DNA of 64,000 nucleotides from Escherichia coli (GTDB lineage Bacteria; Pseudomonadota; Gammaproteobacteria; Enterobacterales; Enterobacteriaceae): NCBI RefSeq assembly GCF_024223415.1, contig NZ_CP100500.1; one strand, 5' to 3'. Shown piece by piece: positions 28,429 to 39,421 of this stretch (position 1 is its first letter; each line of letters starts with the position of its first letter). The notes under the pieces were generated by a model. It saw only the letters and a program-made list of their open reading frames with translations, ran no database searches and was not told where the DNA came from. The position numbers and the translations under genes were made by a program.

Positions 28429-28459
28429 AGGGCTTCCACCTGGGAAGCCCTTTCTTTTT
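28429..28459 (+). terminator. Rho-independent terminator downstream of qorA
   Basis: Hairpin AGGGCTTCC-ACCT-GGGAAGCCCT followed by TTCTTTTT. Confidence 0.75.
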
Positions 28460-28586
28460 ATAGTTCGGCTGTATGTAGGGTACAGCACGATGAATCTGTT
28501 AGAGGCGCAATAGTGACAGATTTGATTATCAATTCCTATTTTGTTCTAAGGATAAAACCTTAGGTTGTGATCATCCGCACAATCCC

Positions 28587-28829
28587 TTAGTAACGCCAGC
28601 GGTCATAACGCTGATATTTCGGCACTTTTGGTGCTTTAATCGCCTTAATAACCCACACCACCGCAATCGCCAGGAGTAACCACGGCAGCAACTTAATCAT
28701 CAATGCCAGCATACCGCCGAGGAACATAATGGCCGTCGCCACAACCAGCGCGGCGATAATGCCCAGCAACGAAACGCCGGTGACCATCAGCATGACAAAA
28801 AAGCCAATCACAAAAAGTAGTTCCAGCAT
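28587..28829 (-). CDS. pspG: Phage-shock protein G
   Basis: 80-aa hydrophobic ORF (MLELLFVIGFFVMLMVTG...KYQRYDRWRY) inside the longer track ORF. Confidence 0.88.
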   Translation of the reverse strand: MLELLFVIGFFVMLMVTGVSLLGIIAALVVATAIMFLGGMLALMIKLLPWLLLAIAVVWVIKAIKAPKVPKYQRYDRWRY

Positions 28830-28859
28830 GATGCTCTCCCAAATATGAAATCTCTTGCT

Positions 28860-28880
28860 GGCATTACAAGAATCATGCCA
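28860..28880 (-). promoter_or_regulatory. Candidate sigma-54 promoter of pspG (TGGCAT-N5-TTGTA)
   Basis: Minus-strand TGGCATGATTCTTGTAATGCC fits -24 GG and approximates -12 TTGCA; pspG is sigma-54/PspF dependent in E. coli. Confidence 0.5.
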
Positions 28881-28962
28881 AAAATAATCTATTGATTTAA
28901 CAGCAAAACGCCCCGCGAATTTGCGCAGGGCGTGGTGAATTTGACTACTTTTTGGTGAAAAG

Positions 28963-30006
28963 TTAACGCTTATCCGCCACCAGTTTGAGCGCGTGTTCCA
29001 GCACGTTAATGTCAGCACCCGCTTTATGGGCATTTTCACTTAAATAACGCCGCCACTGCCGCGCGCCAGGAATACCCTGGAACAAGCCCAGCATATGCCG
29101 GGTAATATGACCGAGATACGTCCCCTGGCTGAGTTCACACTCAATGTACGGATACATGGCGCGCACTACCGCCACCGGATCGGCATCGGTATCCGAGGAA
29201 CCAAAGATCTCTCGGTCTACCGCCGCCAGAATACCCGGATTCTGATACGCCTCGCGCCCGACCATCACGCCATCCATATGTTGCAAATGCGCTTTAGCCT
29301 CTTCCAGCGACTTGATACCACCGTTAATCGACATTGTCAGATGCGGAAAGTCACGCTTCAGTTGATACACACGCGGATAATCGAGCGCCGGGATTTCACG
29401 GTTTTCTTTCGGGCTTAACCCAGAAAGCCAGGCTTTACGTGCATGGATGATGAACATCTCACACTCGCCTTTGCCGGAAACGGTGTTGATGAAATCGCAG
29501 AGAAATTCATAGCTGTCCTGGTCATCGATGCCAATACGCGTTTTCACCGTCACCGGAATCGACACCACATCGCGCATCGCTTTCACGCAGTCGGCAACCA
29601 GCTGCGCATTACCCATCAGACACGCACCAAACATGCCGTTCTGCACCCGGTCAGACGGGCAGCCGACATTCAGGTTGATCTCATCATATCCACGCGCTTC
29701 TGCCAGCTTCGCACACTGCGCCAGCGCCGCCGGATCGCTACCGCCGAGTTGCAACGCTACCGGATGTTCTTCTTCACTGCACGCCAGATAATCACCTTTA
29801 CCGTGAATAATCGCCCCTGTAGTCACCATTTCGGTATACAGCAACGTATTGCGGGAAAGCAGACGCAAGAAATAGCGGCAATGTCTGTCCGTCCAGTCGA
29901 GCATTGGTGCAACGCTAAACCGACCACTCCAGTGAACGTCAGTTTTTTCAGGCATTGCGCTGGTTTGGTTGATTTTTTGCATTTCAGAATTACCGTGCAT
30001 TTTCAA
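28963..30006 (-). CDS. dusA: tRNA-dihydrouridine synthase A
   Basis: ORF with Dus TIM-barrel features (conserved Cys, FMN-binding region); exact start among the N-terminal ATGs is uncertain. Confidence 0.92.
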   Translation of the reverse strand: MKMHGNSEMQKINQTSAMPEKTDVHWSGRFSVAPMLDWTDRHCRYFLRLLSRNTLLYTEMVTTGAIIHGKGDYLACSEEEHPVALQLGGSDPAALAQCAKLAEARGYDEINLNVGCPSDRVQNGMFGACLMGNAQLVADCVKAMRDVVSIPVTVKTRIGIDDQDSYEFLCDFINTVSGKGECEMFIIHARKAWLSGLSPKENREIPALDYPRVYQLKRDFPHLTMSINGGIKSLEEAKAHLQHMDGVMVGREAYQNPGILAAVDREIFGSSDTDADPVAVVRAMYPYIECELSQGTYLGHITRHMLGLFQGIPGARQWRRYLSENAHKAGADINVLEHALKLVADKR

Positions 30007-30361
30007 ATGTAGAGATTATTTTATCGATATATCATTGAGTTATGTTATTCAGCATCACTGTTCAGGAGGCTCAATAGCGGGGTACTATACCATAACAACA
30101 GGAAGCGCCTGTCTCATTGCAAAAGAAAATTGAGATCCTCTCAAGGCATGAAGCTCTCACGAAGTGATGGAAATAATCTTATTAGCCGTTAGCTTTGTTA
30201 AGGCCAATGATAAACAATCCAGGTTCGACGATAAATAAAAATCACACATTAAACTCCGGTGATATCTCTCCCTGCTAATAGCACTGATAGAGAAAAAAGG
30301 ACCCAATAAGCATTGGGTCCTTTTATATAATGCCTTCCATACTATCGAAGAACTTCACATA

Positions 30362-31108
30362 TTATTTCTCCGATTTAACCCCGAATAAATCATAAATTAA
30401 TTTAGAAGTGTCTGTAAGTATTTTAATCTTTTCCTTTGAGTTTGGGTCAAACGACTTAGCAAAGTCAATTAATTTCGATGCAGCATCTCGCATTTTGCTT
30501 AAAATATCAGGGGCGAGCGTTCCTTCATTCACCAGATGTGACATCTTATCCAGATAGCCATCAAAATTCATTTCTCCCCCATCTGCCAGACGCTTCATCT
30601 CTCCCAGGTACTTCTTCATATCACGTTGAGATAACTCTTCAAACTGAGCTGTCAGATAGTTCCCATTATGATCATTAATCTTCACTTTTTCTGCCCCTGC
30701 TAAATCTGTGTAGGCACTAGAATATGAAAGTGAAATTAACAGTGAAGCGAATAATTTTAAGCTGTTGTCATCATATTTCTGACATGCATTAACAAACGTT
30801 AAAAAACCAGAACCTATTGCTTGCAAATGTATATTCGCTAAAGGTTCATTATCTTTAGATTCCTCATAAAATAGCTGAACCGTGGAGGGAAGGCCATTCT
30901 TGGTTTCTACATCAAAAGTATATCGTTCTATGGGCGTTGCATCTTTATTACCCTCAGTATTACATATACTATTAACCGCGAAATGAAAAATAGCCCGATC
31001 AACAACTGATGCAATAAATTCACGATCGTTTAAGTCCTCATCAGTGCAATCTCCAATATACTCATTGACCCACACTTTGAGATTATTTATTTGCTCAATT
31101 AAAAACAC
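30362..31108 (-). CDS. yjbM: Uncharacterised protein YjbM
   Basis: 248-codon A+T-rich ORF between dusA and zur, in the position of K-12 yjbM; overlaps the upstream yjbL ORF by a few codons. Confidence 0.6.
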   Translation of the reverse strand: MFLIEQINNLKVWVNEYIGDCTDEDLNDREFIASVVDRAIFHFAVNSICNTEGNKDATPIERYTFDVETKNGLPSTVQLFYEESKDNEPLANIHLQAIGSGFLTFVNACQKYDDNSLKLFASLLISLSYSSAYTDLAGAEKVKINDHNGNYLTAQFEELSQRDMKKYLGEMKRLADGGEMNFDGYLDKMSHLVNEGTLAPDILSKMRDAASKLIDFAKSFDPNSKEKIKILTDTSKLIYDLFGVKSEK

Positions 31109-31383
31109 ATTTTTTTACGTGCATGCCATAAATTATGAGTGATTCTTTGAATAAACAAATCTATTTTTGCAATAATTATATCCCGATGACGCAGCGCTGA
31201 ATAATCAATAGACTTACCATATATATTATTTAATTTATCTTTGATTGCACCTCTATTATCTAATTTATCGTTGGTTGCATCTATATTATCTAATTTATCT
31301 TTGGTCGCATCTTTATTATCGAATTGATTTGAATTGAGTGTTTTATTAAAGTATCCAGTTGCACCGGGTATTATCTTCAACAT
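31099..31383 (-). CDS. yjbL: Uncharacterised small protein YjbL with internal 10-residue tandem repeats
   Basis: 94-codon A+T-rich ORF; protein carries repeated [10 protein letters not shown] / [10 protein letters not shown] / [10 protein letters not shown] units. Confidence 0.55.
   Translation of the reverse strand: MLKIIPGATGYFNKTLNSNQFDNKDATKDKLDNIDATNDKLDNRGAIKDKLNNIYGKSIDYSALRHRDIIIAKIDLFIQRITHNLWHARKKMCF
31228..31320. repeat. Three imperfect tandem copies of a roughly 30-bp unit inside yjbL
   Basis: Direct repeats of ...TTATCTAATTTATC(T/G)TTGGT(T/C)GCATCT... Confidence 0.7.
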
Positions 31384-31701
31384 GATTCATCTACCTTTTT
31401 TGTCGTACCGTGTCCTCCTTATAAGTGTTTTGCCATCTGGTAACTATCAAAAATCGCTCATAATTTTCTGAACTACAGGTATGCGAACACCCCCAGTTAA
31501 ATAAATAGCGAGTTAACTTGAAGCAATTTATTTAAAAATGAATTATTAATTATTATCGTGTTGATAATGGTACTGCCAGGCAACACAACATCTTACCTAC
31601 AAAACAGAAAAGCAACATTACGGCAACAATAAGGGTTCTCGGTGTTTTTCCTGGAACATGGTAAAGTAAGGACATTCTTAACCCCCACTTTGAGGTGCCC
31701 G

Positions 31702-32217
31702 ATGGAAAAGACCACAACGCAGGAGTTATTAGCGCAGGCTGAAAAAATCTGCGCGCAGCGTAATGTGCGCCTGACCCCACAGCGCCTGGAAGTGTTGCGC
31801 CTGATGAGTCTGCAGGATGGCGCTATCAGCGCTTATGATCTGCTTGATTTGCTGCGCGAAGCTGAACCGCAAGCCAAGCCGCCAACGGTTTATCGCGCGC
31901 TGGATTTTCTGCTTGAGCAAGGTTTTGTGCATAAGGTGGAATCCACCAACAGTTATGTGCTCTGCCATCTGTTCGACCAGCCCACCCATACGTCAGCTAT
32001 GTTTATTTGCGATCGCTGCGGCGCGGTGAAAGAAGAATGTGCAGAAGGCGTGGAAGACATCATGCATACGCTGGCGGCAAAAATGGGGTTTGCCCTGCGG
32101 CATAATGTGATTGAAGCACATGGGCTCTGTGCGGCATGCGTGGAAGTGGAAGCGTGTCGTCATCCTGAACAGTGCCAGCATGATCACTCTGTGCAGGTGA
32201 AAAAGAAACCGCGTTAA
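31702..32217 (+). CDS. zur: Zinc uptake regulator Zur (Fur family)
   Basis: 171-aa ORF from MEKTTTQELL with Fur-family HTH and CxxC metal sites. Confidence 0.95.
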   Translation: MEKTTTQELLAQAEKICAQRNVRLTPQRLEVLRLMSLQDGAISAYDLLDLLREAEPQAKPPTVYRALDFLLEQGFVHKVESTNSYVLCHLFDQPTHTSAMFICDRCGAVKEECAEGVEDIMHTLAAKMGFALRHNVIEAHGLCAACVEVEACRHPEQCQHDHSVQVKKKPR

Positions 32218-32258
32218 GAGGGCGTACATCCTTGTACACGTCGGGCAGGAGGGATTAA

Positions 32259-32468
32259 TTACCAGCGATATTCATTGCGGGTTTCCCAATCCACGACCTC
32301 TTTTTCTGCCTGCTCTTTCTGATAACCATAACGTTCCTGGATTTTACCGACCAGTTGATCACGTTTACCTTCAATGATCGTCATATCATCATCGGTCAGT
32401 TTGCCCCATTGCTCTTTCACTTTACCTTTAAACTGTTTCCAGTTACCGCCGGCTTCATCTTTATTCAT
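32259..32468 (-). CDS. yjbJ: CsbD-family stress protein YjbJ
   Basis: 69-aa hydrophilic ORF (MNKDEAGGNWKQFKGKVKEQWGKLTDDD...). Confidence 0.92.
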   Translation of the reverse strand: MNKDEAGGNWKQFKGKVKEQWGKLTDDDMTIIEGKRDQLVGKIQERYGYQKEQAEKEVVDWETRNEYRW

Positions 32469-32583
32469 AATCAAGACCTCATCGTTAGGTTGTGAATGAG
32501 AGTACGATCACTTTTCTTCTGAACGTGAGATTAAGTGTAGTCAGCAATTTGGCTTAGGATTATTTATTCAGAATTTTTAACCG

Positions 32584-33963
32584 TCACGTTGCGGCAAACC
32601 AGGTACCGTTGCGCCAGTGACGCCGCCAGATAGCCGCCAGAGAAAGCCCGCGCAACGCCAGAAAGACGGTTAATGCCAGCCACAAACCATGATTCCCCAG
32701 CCACGGCAGCGTAAGGAGCGTCAGCGCAAAACCTGCGGCGGCCACCGCCATACTGTTACGCATTTCGGCGGCACGCGTTGCGCCTATAAACATGCCGTCC
32801 AGCAGATAACACCAGACGCCAACCAACGGCAAAATCACCTGCCAGATAAGATAGCGATCGGCCAGCTGCTGAATCTGGGTTAACGACGTCAGTAACGCAA
32901 TGATGTATTCCCCTGCCAGCAAATAAACCACCGAAAACAGTAACGCTACGATCCCCGACTGGCGGCACGCTGCCCGCCAGACATCCAGCAACTGGCTACC
33001 GTCGCGCGCACCGTACGCCTGACCGGAGTGCGCTTCAACCGCGTAGGCAAAACCGTCCAGCGCATAGGCGGTAAAGGTGAGTAGCGTCATCAGAACCGCG
33101 TTAACAGCGATAATGTCACTCCCCAGTCGCGCGCCAAGTACGGTGATCGCGCCGAAACAGAGTTGCAACAACAGCGAGCGCAGCATGATATCGCGGTTAA
33201 GCGCCAGCAAGCGACGGAAGTTTCCTCGCCAGGCAGTTTTCAGCATTTCGCCGGAAATTCCGCGTAGTTTGAGGATTTTACGCACCATTAGCAGACCAAT
33301 CAGCAATGTTGCATATTCCGCAATAACCGTCGCCAGCGCCGCGCCCTGCACGTTCATATGCAGCCCCATCACCAGCCAGACATCCAGCACAATGTTGAGG
33401 ATATTGCCGACCACTAACAAAATTACTGGCGCACGGGCATATTGCACGCCGAGTAACCAACCGAGTAATACCAGATTCGCCAGCGACGCCGGAGCGCTTA
33501 ACCAGCGGATTTCAAGAAAGCGCCGCGCCTGTTCCAGGACCGCTTCACTACCGCCAACAATATGCAGCGCCAGATCGATAATCGGCGTACGCAACAGCGC
33601 AATTAACGCCCCAGCCCCCAACGCCAATAGCAACGGTTGCACCAGCGCACGGGCTAATGCCTGAGGATTTTTGGCACCATAAGCCTGCGCAGTCAGCCCG
33701 GTGGTGCTCATGCGTAAAAACAGCAACAGCATAAAGAGAAAGCTGGTCGCCGTTGCACCAACCGCCACGCCGCCCAAATAAACCGGACTATCAAGATGAC
33801 CAATAACCGCCGTATCGACCAGTCCCAGCAACGGAACGGTGATATTGGAGAAAATCATGGGTAAGGCGAGATGCCAAAGTGCTTTATCAGATGAAGTGAG
33901 GAATGCCATGCAGACAAGCCTGATGAAGAGAGATGAAAAACAAACCGCGACGCCAGGCGGCAT
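32584..33963 (-). CDS. dinF: MATE-family efflux protein DinF (SOS-inducible)
   Basis: 459-codon polytopic ORF immediately downstream of lexA; start could be a later ATG. Confidence 0.9.
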   Translation of the reverse strand: MPPGVAVCFSSLFIRLVCMAFLTSSDKALWHLALPMIFSNITVPLLGLVDTAVIGHLDSPVYLGGVAVGATATSFLFMLLLFLRMSTTGLTAQAYGAKNPQALARALVQPLLLALGAGALIALLRTPIIDLALHIVGGSEAVLEQARRFLEIRWLSAPASLANLVLLGWLLGVQYARAPVILLVVGNILNIVLDVWLVMGLHMNVQGAALATVIAEYATLLIGLLMVRKILKLRGISGEMLKTAWRGNFRRLLALNRDIMLRSLLLQLCFGAITVLGARLGSDIIAVNAVLMTLLTFTAYALDGFAYAVEAHSGQAYGARDGSQLLDVWRAACRQSGIVALLFSVVYLLAGEYIIALLTSLTQIQQLADRYLIWQVILPLVGVWCYLLDGMFIGATRAAEMRNSMAVAAAGFALTLLTLPWLGNHGLWLALTVFLALRGLSLAAIWRRHWRNGTWFAAT

Positions 33964-33981
33964 CGCGGTCTCAGAGATATG

Positions 33982-34590
33982 TTACAGCCAGTCGCCGTTG
34001 CGAATAACGCCAACCGCCAGCCCTTCAATGGTGAAGCTCTGCTGACGAAGGTCAACGACAATTGGTTTAAACTCGCTATTTTCTGGCAACAGTTCGACTT
34101 TATTGCCCTGTTTTTTCAGGCGCTTAACGGTAACTTCGTCATCAATACGTGCGACAACGACCTGACCGTTACGTACATCCTGAGTTTTATGCACTGCCAG
34201 CAAGTCGCCATCCATAATGCCGATATCTTTCATCGACATCCCGCTGACGCGCAGCAGGAAATCAGCATTCGGCTTGAACAAGGAAGGATCGACCTGATAA
34301 TGACCTTCAATATGCTGTTGCGCCAGAAGCGGTTCACCGGCAGCCACACGACCTACCAGCGGCAACCCTTCTTCCTCTTCCTGCAACAGACGAATCCCGC
34401 GTGATGCGCCGGAAACAATTTCAATTACGCCTTTGCGTGCCAGCGCCTTCAGATGTTCTTCAGCCGCGTTTGGGGAACGGAACCCCAAACGCTGCGCGAT
34501 TTCCGCACGCGTCGGCGGCATACCTGTCTGGCTGATGTGATCACGGATGAGATCAAACACCTCTTGTTGCCTGGCCGTTAACGCTTTCAT
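33982..34590 (-). CDS. lexA: LexA repressor
   Basis: 202-aa ORF with N-terminal HTH, the Ala-Gly cleavage site (VAAGEP) and Ser/Lys protease motifs. Confidence 0.99.
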   Translation of the reverse strand: MKALTARQQEVFDLIRDHISQTGMPPTRAEIAQRLGFRSPNAAEEHLKALARKGVIEIVSGASRGIRLLQEEEEGLPLVGRVAAGEPLLAQQHIEGHYQVDPSLFKPNADFLLRVSGMSMKDIGIMDGDLLAVHKTQDVRNGQVVVARIDDEVTVKRLKKQGNKVELLPENSEFKPIVVDLRQQSFTIEGLAVGVIRNGDWL

Positions 34591-34598
34591 TCCGCCCC

Positions 34599-34635
34599 CT
34601 GGGTGTATATACAGTTATGCTGTGAGTATATACAG
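34599..34635. promoter_or_regulatory. Two tandem LexA (SOS) boxes in the lexA promoter
   Basis: Minus-strand CTGTATATACTCACAG and CTGTATATACACCCAG immediately upstream of lexA. Confidence 0.92.
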
Positions 34636-34699
34636 CAAAAGGCGATTTTGGAACCATAAACTGCACAATAAACCAGAGATTTATCGAATTCTGGAAGGG

Positions 34700-35068
34700 T
34701 TATCCAAAATGCGACCATAACAGGATGCACCAGGTTATCACGGCGACGATAATCGCAATCAGCACCGCGGCGGATCCCATATCTTTAGCTCGTCCGGAAA
34801 GCTCATGGTATTCAGAGCCAATTCGGTCAACCACTGCTTCGATGGCGCTATTGAGGATTTCCACAATCATCGCCAGCATGACGGAGCTGATAAGCAGCAC
34901 GCGGGTAATCGCGTCCACATCCAGCCAGCAGGCGATGACCACCGCCAACAATACCGCTACGCCTTCCTGACGGAATGCCGCTTCGTTGATCCATGCAGCG
35001 CGTAAACCTTTCCAGGAATAGCCAGCAGCTTTGATAATTCGGGTGAATCCAGTGGTATTATTGGCCAT
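34700..35068 (-). CDS. dgkA: Diacylglycerol kinase
   Basis: 122-aa three-helix membrane ORF (MANNTTGFTRIIKAAGYSWKGLRAAW...). Confidence 0.97.
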   Translation of the reverse strand: MANNTTGFTRIIKAAGYSWKGLRAAWINEAAFRQEGVAVLLAVVIACWLDVDAITRVLLISSVMLAMIVEILNSAIEAVVDRIGSEYHELSGRAKDMGSAAVLIAIIVAVITWCILLWSHFG

Positions 35069-35238
35069 TGAAAGAACCTTTTTACATTATGAGCGTCAAT
35101 ATCAGTGTACCGTTAAATCCGATGATTCGGGTTTGCGTAACGCCGCGCGAAACATGAGCGGATACCACAGAATTTCCCATGACTTTCTGCTATCCTTGCC
35201 GCGCATTTGCATTATTAACCAGAGGCTTTACATCGTTT

Positions 35239-37662
35239 ATGTCCGGCTGGCCACGAATTTACTACAAATTACTGAATTTACCATTAAGCATCCTGGTAAA
35301 AAGCAAGTCTATTCCGGCAGATCCTGCCCCGGAACTGGGGCTGGATACCTCTCGTCCAATTATGTACGTTTTACCGTACAACTCGAAAGCAGACTTGCTG
35401 ACGTTGCGCGCCCAGTGTCTGGCACATGACCTGCCTGACCCGTTAGAGCCGCTGGAAATCGACGGCACGCTACTGCCGCGCTATGTGTTCATTCACGGCG
35501 GGCCGCGTGTATTCACCTATTACACGCCGAAAGAAGAGTCTATTAAGCTGTTCCACGACTATCTCGATTTGCACCGTAGCAACCCAAATCTGGATGTGCA
35601 GATGGTGCCAGTATCGGTGATGTTTGGTCGCGCGCCAGGGCGTGAAAAAGGCGAAGTGAACCCGCCGCTGCGTATGCTTAACGGCGTACAGAAATTTTTC
35701 GCTGTACTGTGGCTCGGTCGCGACAGTTTTGTGCGTTTCTCGCCGTCAGTTTCGCTGCGCCGTATGGCGGATGAACACGGCACGGATAAAACTATCGCGC
35801 AGAAACTGGCGCGCGTGGCGCGTATGCACTTTGCCCGTCAACGTCTGGCTGCCGTGGGTCCACGTCTGCCTGCTCGTCAGGATCTGTTTAATAAGCTGCT
35901 CGCCTCCCGCGCCATTGCCAAAGCGGTAGAAGATGAAGCGCGCAGCAAAAAAATCTCCCATGAAAAAGCGCAGCAGAACGCGATTGCGCTGATGGAAGAG
36001 ATTGCGGCGAATTTCTCTTACGAGATGATCCGCCTGACTGACCGCATTCTGGGCTTCACCTGGAACCGACTTTACCAGGGTATCAACGTCCATAACGCCG
36101 AGCGCGTTCGCCAGTTGGCCCACGACGGTCATGAGCTGGTGTATGTGCCTTGCCACCGCAGTCACATGGACTACCTGCTGCTTTCTTACGTGCTGTATCA
36201 CCAGGGGCTGGTGCCGCCGCATATCGCCGCCGGGATCAACCTGAACTTCTGGCCGGCAGGGCCGATTTTCCGCCGTCTGGGTGCGTTCTTTATTCGCCGT
36301 ACTTTTAAAGGCAATAAGCTCTATTCCACCGTTTTCCGTGAGTATCTCGGCGAACTGTTCAGCCGTGGTTATTCCGTCGAGTACTTCGTAGAAGGCGGTC
36401 GTTCCCGTACGGGGCGTTTGCTGGATCCGAAAACTGGTACGCTGTCGATGACCATTCAGGCGATGCTGCGTGGCGGCACGCGTCCGATTACGCTGATTCC
36501 GATCTATATCGGTTATGAGCACGTCATGGAAGTGGGTACTTACGCCAAAGAACTGCGCGGCGCGACGAAAGAGAAAGAGAGCCTGCCGCAGATGCTGCGC
36601 GGTTTAAGCAAGCTGCGTAATCTCGGTCAGGGTTACGTCAACTTCGGTGAACCAATGCCGTTGATGACCTACCTTAACCAGCATGTACCTGACTGGCGTG
36701 AATCTATCGATCCCATCGAAGCGGTGCGTCCAGCATGGTTAACGCCGACGGTCAATAATATTGCTGCCGATCTGATGGTACGCATTAACAACGCAGGCGC
36801 GGCAAACGCCATGAACCTGTGCTGTACTGCGCTACTGGCGTCACGTCAGCGCTCACTCACCCGCGAGCAGTTAACCGAGCAACTCAACTGCTACCTGGAT
36901 CTGATGCGCAACGTACCTTACTCCACGGACTCGACCGTTCCTTCAGCCAGCGCCAGCGAGCTTATCGATCACGCGCTGCAAATGAACAAGTTTGAAGTCG
37001 AGAAAGACACTATCGGCGACATCATCATTCTACCGCGCGAGCAAGCGGTGCTGATGACCTACTATCGCAACAACATTGCGCATATGTTGGTGCTGCCTTC
37101 GCTGATGGCGGCAATTGTCACCCAGCATCGCCACATCTCCCGCGACGTATTGATGGAGCACGTCAATGTGCTTTACCCAATGCTGAAAGCGGAGCTGTTC
37201 CTGCGCTGGGATCGCGACGAGTTGCCGGACGTTATTGATGCGCTGGCAAATGAGATGCAACGTCAGGGGCTGATTACCCTGCAAGATGATGAGTTGCATA
37301 TCAACCCGGCGCATTCTCGCACGCTGCAGCTGCTCGCCGCAGGCGCGCGCGAAACGCTGCAACGTTATGCCATTACCTTCTGGCTGTTGAGCGCCAACCC
37401 GTCGATCAACCGCGGTACGCTGGAGAAAGAGAGCCGCACCGTCGCGCAACGTCTCTCCGTGCTGCACGGCATCAACGCGCCGGAATTCTTCGACAAGGCG
37501 GTGTTCAGTTCTCTGGTGCTGACGCTGCGTGATGAAGGGTATATCAGCGATAGCGGCGATGCCGAACCGGCAGAAACGATGAAGGTTTATCAGTTGCTGG
37601 CGGAGTTGATTACATCAGACGTGCGTTTGACGATTGAGAGTGCGACGCAGGGCGAAGGGTAA
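35239..37662 (+). CDS. plsB: Glycerol-3-phosphate acyltransferase PlsB
   Basis: 807-aa ORF from [13 protein letters not shown] with acyltransferase HxxxxD motif ([10 protein letters not shown]). Confidence 0.97.
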
Positions 37663-37671
37663 TCAGAGAGA

Positions 37672-37783
37672 ATTGCCGGATGCGGCGCAAACGCCTTATC
37701 AGGCTTACCATAATCTGCAAATTCAATAAATTGCGATCTGTTGTGTAGGCCTGAGAAGCGCAACGCATCAGGCAGCCCAGAAG
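37672..37783. repeat. REP/BIME cluster
   Basis: GCCGGATGCGGCGCAAACGCCTTATCAGGC and GTAGGCCTGAGAAGCGCAACGCATCAGGCAG units. Confidence 0.85.
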
Positions 37784-37810
37784 AAAGCCGGATGATCATC
37801 CGGCTTTTTT
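37784..37810. terminator. Rho-independent terminator between convergent plsB and ubiA
   Basis: Hairpin AAAGCCGGAT-GATCA-TCCGGCTTT followed by TTTT. Confidence 0.8.
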
Positions 37811-37816
37811 ACATCA

Positions 37817-38689
37817 TCAGAAATGCCAGTAACTCATTGCCAGCCCTAAAAACAGTACCAGACCAACATAGTTATTATTCATAAATGCTTTAAAGCAGGC
37901 TTCACGCTCGCGGTTGGCAATCAGTTTTTGTTGATAAACAAACAGCGCGCCAGCCACCAGAATTGACCAGTAATATCCCCAGCCTAAGCCATTTAACTCA
38001 CCGATGATCGCCATCAGTGCCAGTACGCCAATCTGCAAAATACCAATAATCAATTTATCGTATTGGCCGAACAGGATTGCCGTGGATTTAATGCCAATCT
38101 TCACATCATCATCGCGGTCAACCATCGCATACTGCGTGTCGTAAGCCACCGCCCAGAGAATATTGGCGAGGAACATTAACCAGCAACTCAATGGCACCGA
38201 CTCACTCACAGCGGCAAAAGCCATTGGAATCGACCAGCCAAACGCCGCGCCCAGCACCACTTGCGGTAGATGGGTATACCGCTTCATAAATGGGTATACC
38301 CACGCCAGCGCCAGCGCGGCAATCGACAACAGAATAGTCATCGTATTCAGCGTCAGCACCAGTAAAAATGAAATCAATACCAGCACTACAAACAGCGCGC
38401 GCGCCTCTTTCTCCGTTACCGCGCCGCTGGGAAGCGGTCGGTTCGCCGTGCGCTTAACATGACCATCAAACTTGCGGTCAGCATAATCATTCACCACACA
38501 TCCGGCAGCGCGCATCAGCCAGACACCCGCGACAAACACCGCCAGGATCCAGAGCTGGGGAACGCCCGGTGTCGCCACCCACAACGCCCATAATGTTGGC
38601 CAGAGCAGCAGTAACGCGCCAATTGGCTTATCCGTACGCATTAAGCGATGAAACGCCAGCAGCTTATTCTGCGTCAGACTCCACTCCAT
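37817..38689 (-). CDS. ubiA: 4-hydroxybenzoate octaprenyltransferase
   Basis: 290-aa polytopic ORF with UbiA prenyltransferase Asp-rich motifs. Confidence 0.96.
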
Positions 38690-38701
38690 ATTTTTTTCCT
38701 C

Positions 38702-39199
38702 TTAGTACAACGGTGACGCCGGTAAAAACAGTTCTGTTAGCAACAGCGGTTTACCGCTTAATCGCAGGCGAGAACGTCGCCCCCACAGTCCGGCATCACG
38801 GCCTATCTCAATAAAGTCCCGGGTTAATGTCGATGATGTGAACAGATAGCGTCCTAACGGCGTTTTACCCAATTTTTGTAACGCCAGCTCCGGTCCGCTT
38901 AACGTTGACACAGGAACGACGGTACGACCGGCAAGCCACGGTTCACCATCGGCACATAACAAAATTTCACGTAACCAGTAACGAGACTCTTTCGGCAGCA
39001 GCGGCAGTTCTTCGGGGATTTCATTCTGCTCGACAAACCCTTCGCGGATCATCGTCACGCTCACCGTTTTTCCCTGCTGTTCAAAACGTTTTGTCATGGA
39101 ATCTTCCAGCAACAGCCAGTCGAGCAGTTGCGGATCCAGGGCAGGGATCTCTGTAAAATAGCGCAGCGCACGCAGTTGCGTTAACGCGGGGTGTGACAT
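38702..39199 (-). CDS. ubiC: Chorismate pyruvate-lyase
   Basis: 165-aa ORF from [15 protein letters not shown] inside the longer track ORF. Confidence 0.93.
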   Translation of the reverse strand: MSHPALTQLRALRYFTEIPALDPQLLDWLLLEDSMTKRFEQQGKTVSVTMIREGFVEQNEIPEELPLLPKESRYWLREILLCADGEPWLAGRTVVPVSTLSGPELALQKLGKTPLGRYLFTSSTLTRDFIEIGRDAGLWGRRSRLRLSGKPLLLTELFLPASPLY

Positions 39200-39421
39200 G
39201 CCGAACTCTCCGTTACATAACGTAAAGGCATTGTATCGCAGAAAAGTGTTTACGGGAGATGTAAAGCAAATTAAGTGATCTAATGCGCAACAAAAACGCA
39301 ACAATCGCATGAAGTGGTAAAACGCTGTTGAACCTTACGCTTTGCCGATGCCCGTGCTGGCGGGGGCAACCATAGGGGCATCACCGCCCAGGATACCAGG
39401 AACGGTGATGTTTTCCTTTAC

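Noticed and set aside
35746-36522. 258-codon minus-strand ORF inside plsB
   Set aside because: Antisense shadow ORF in a conserved gene.
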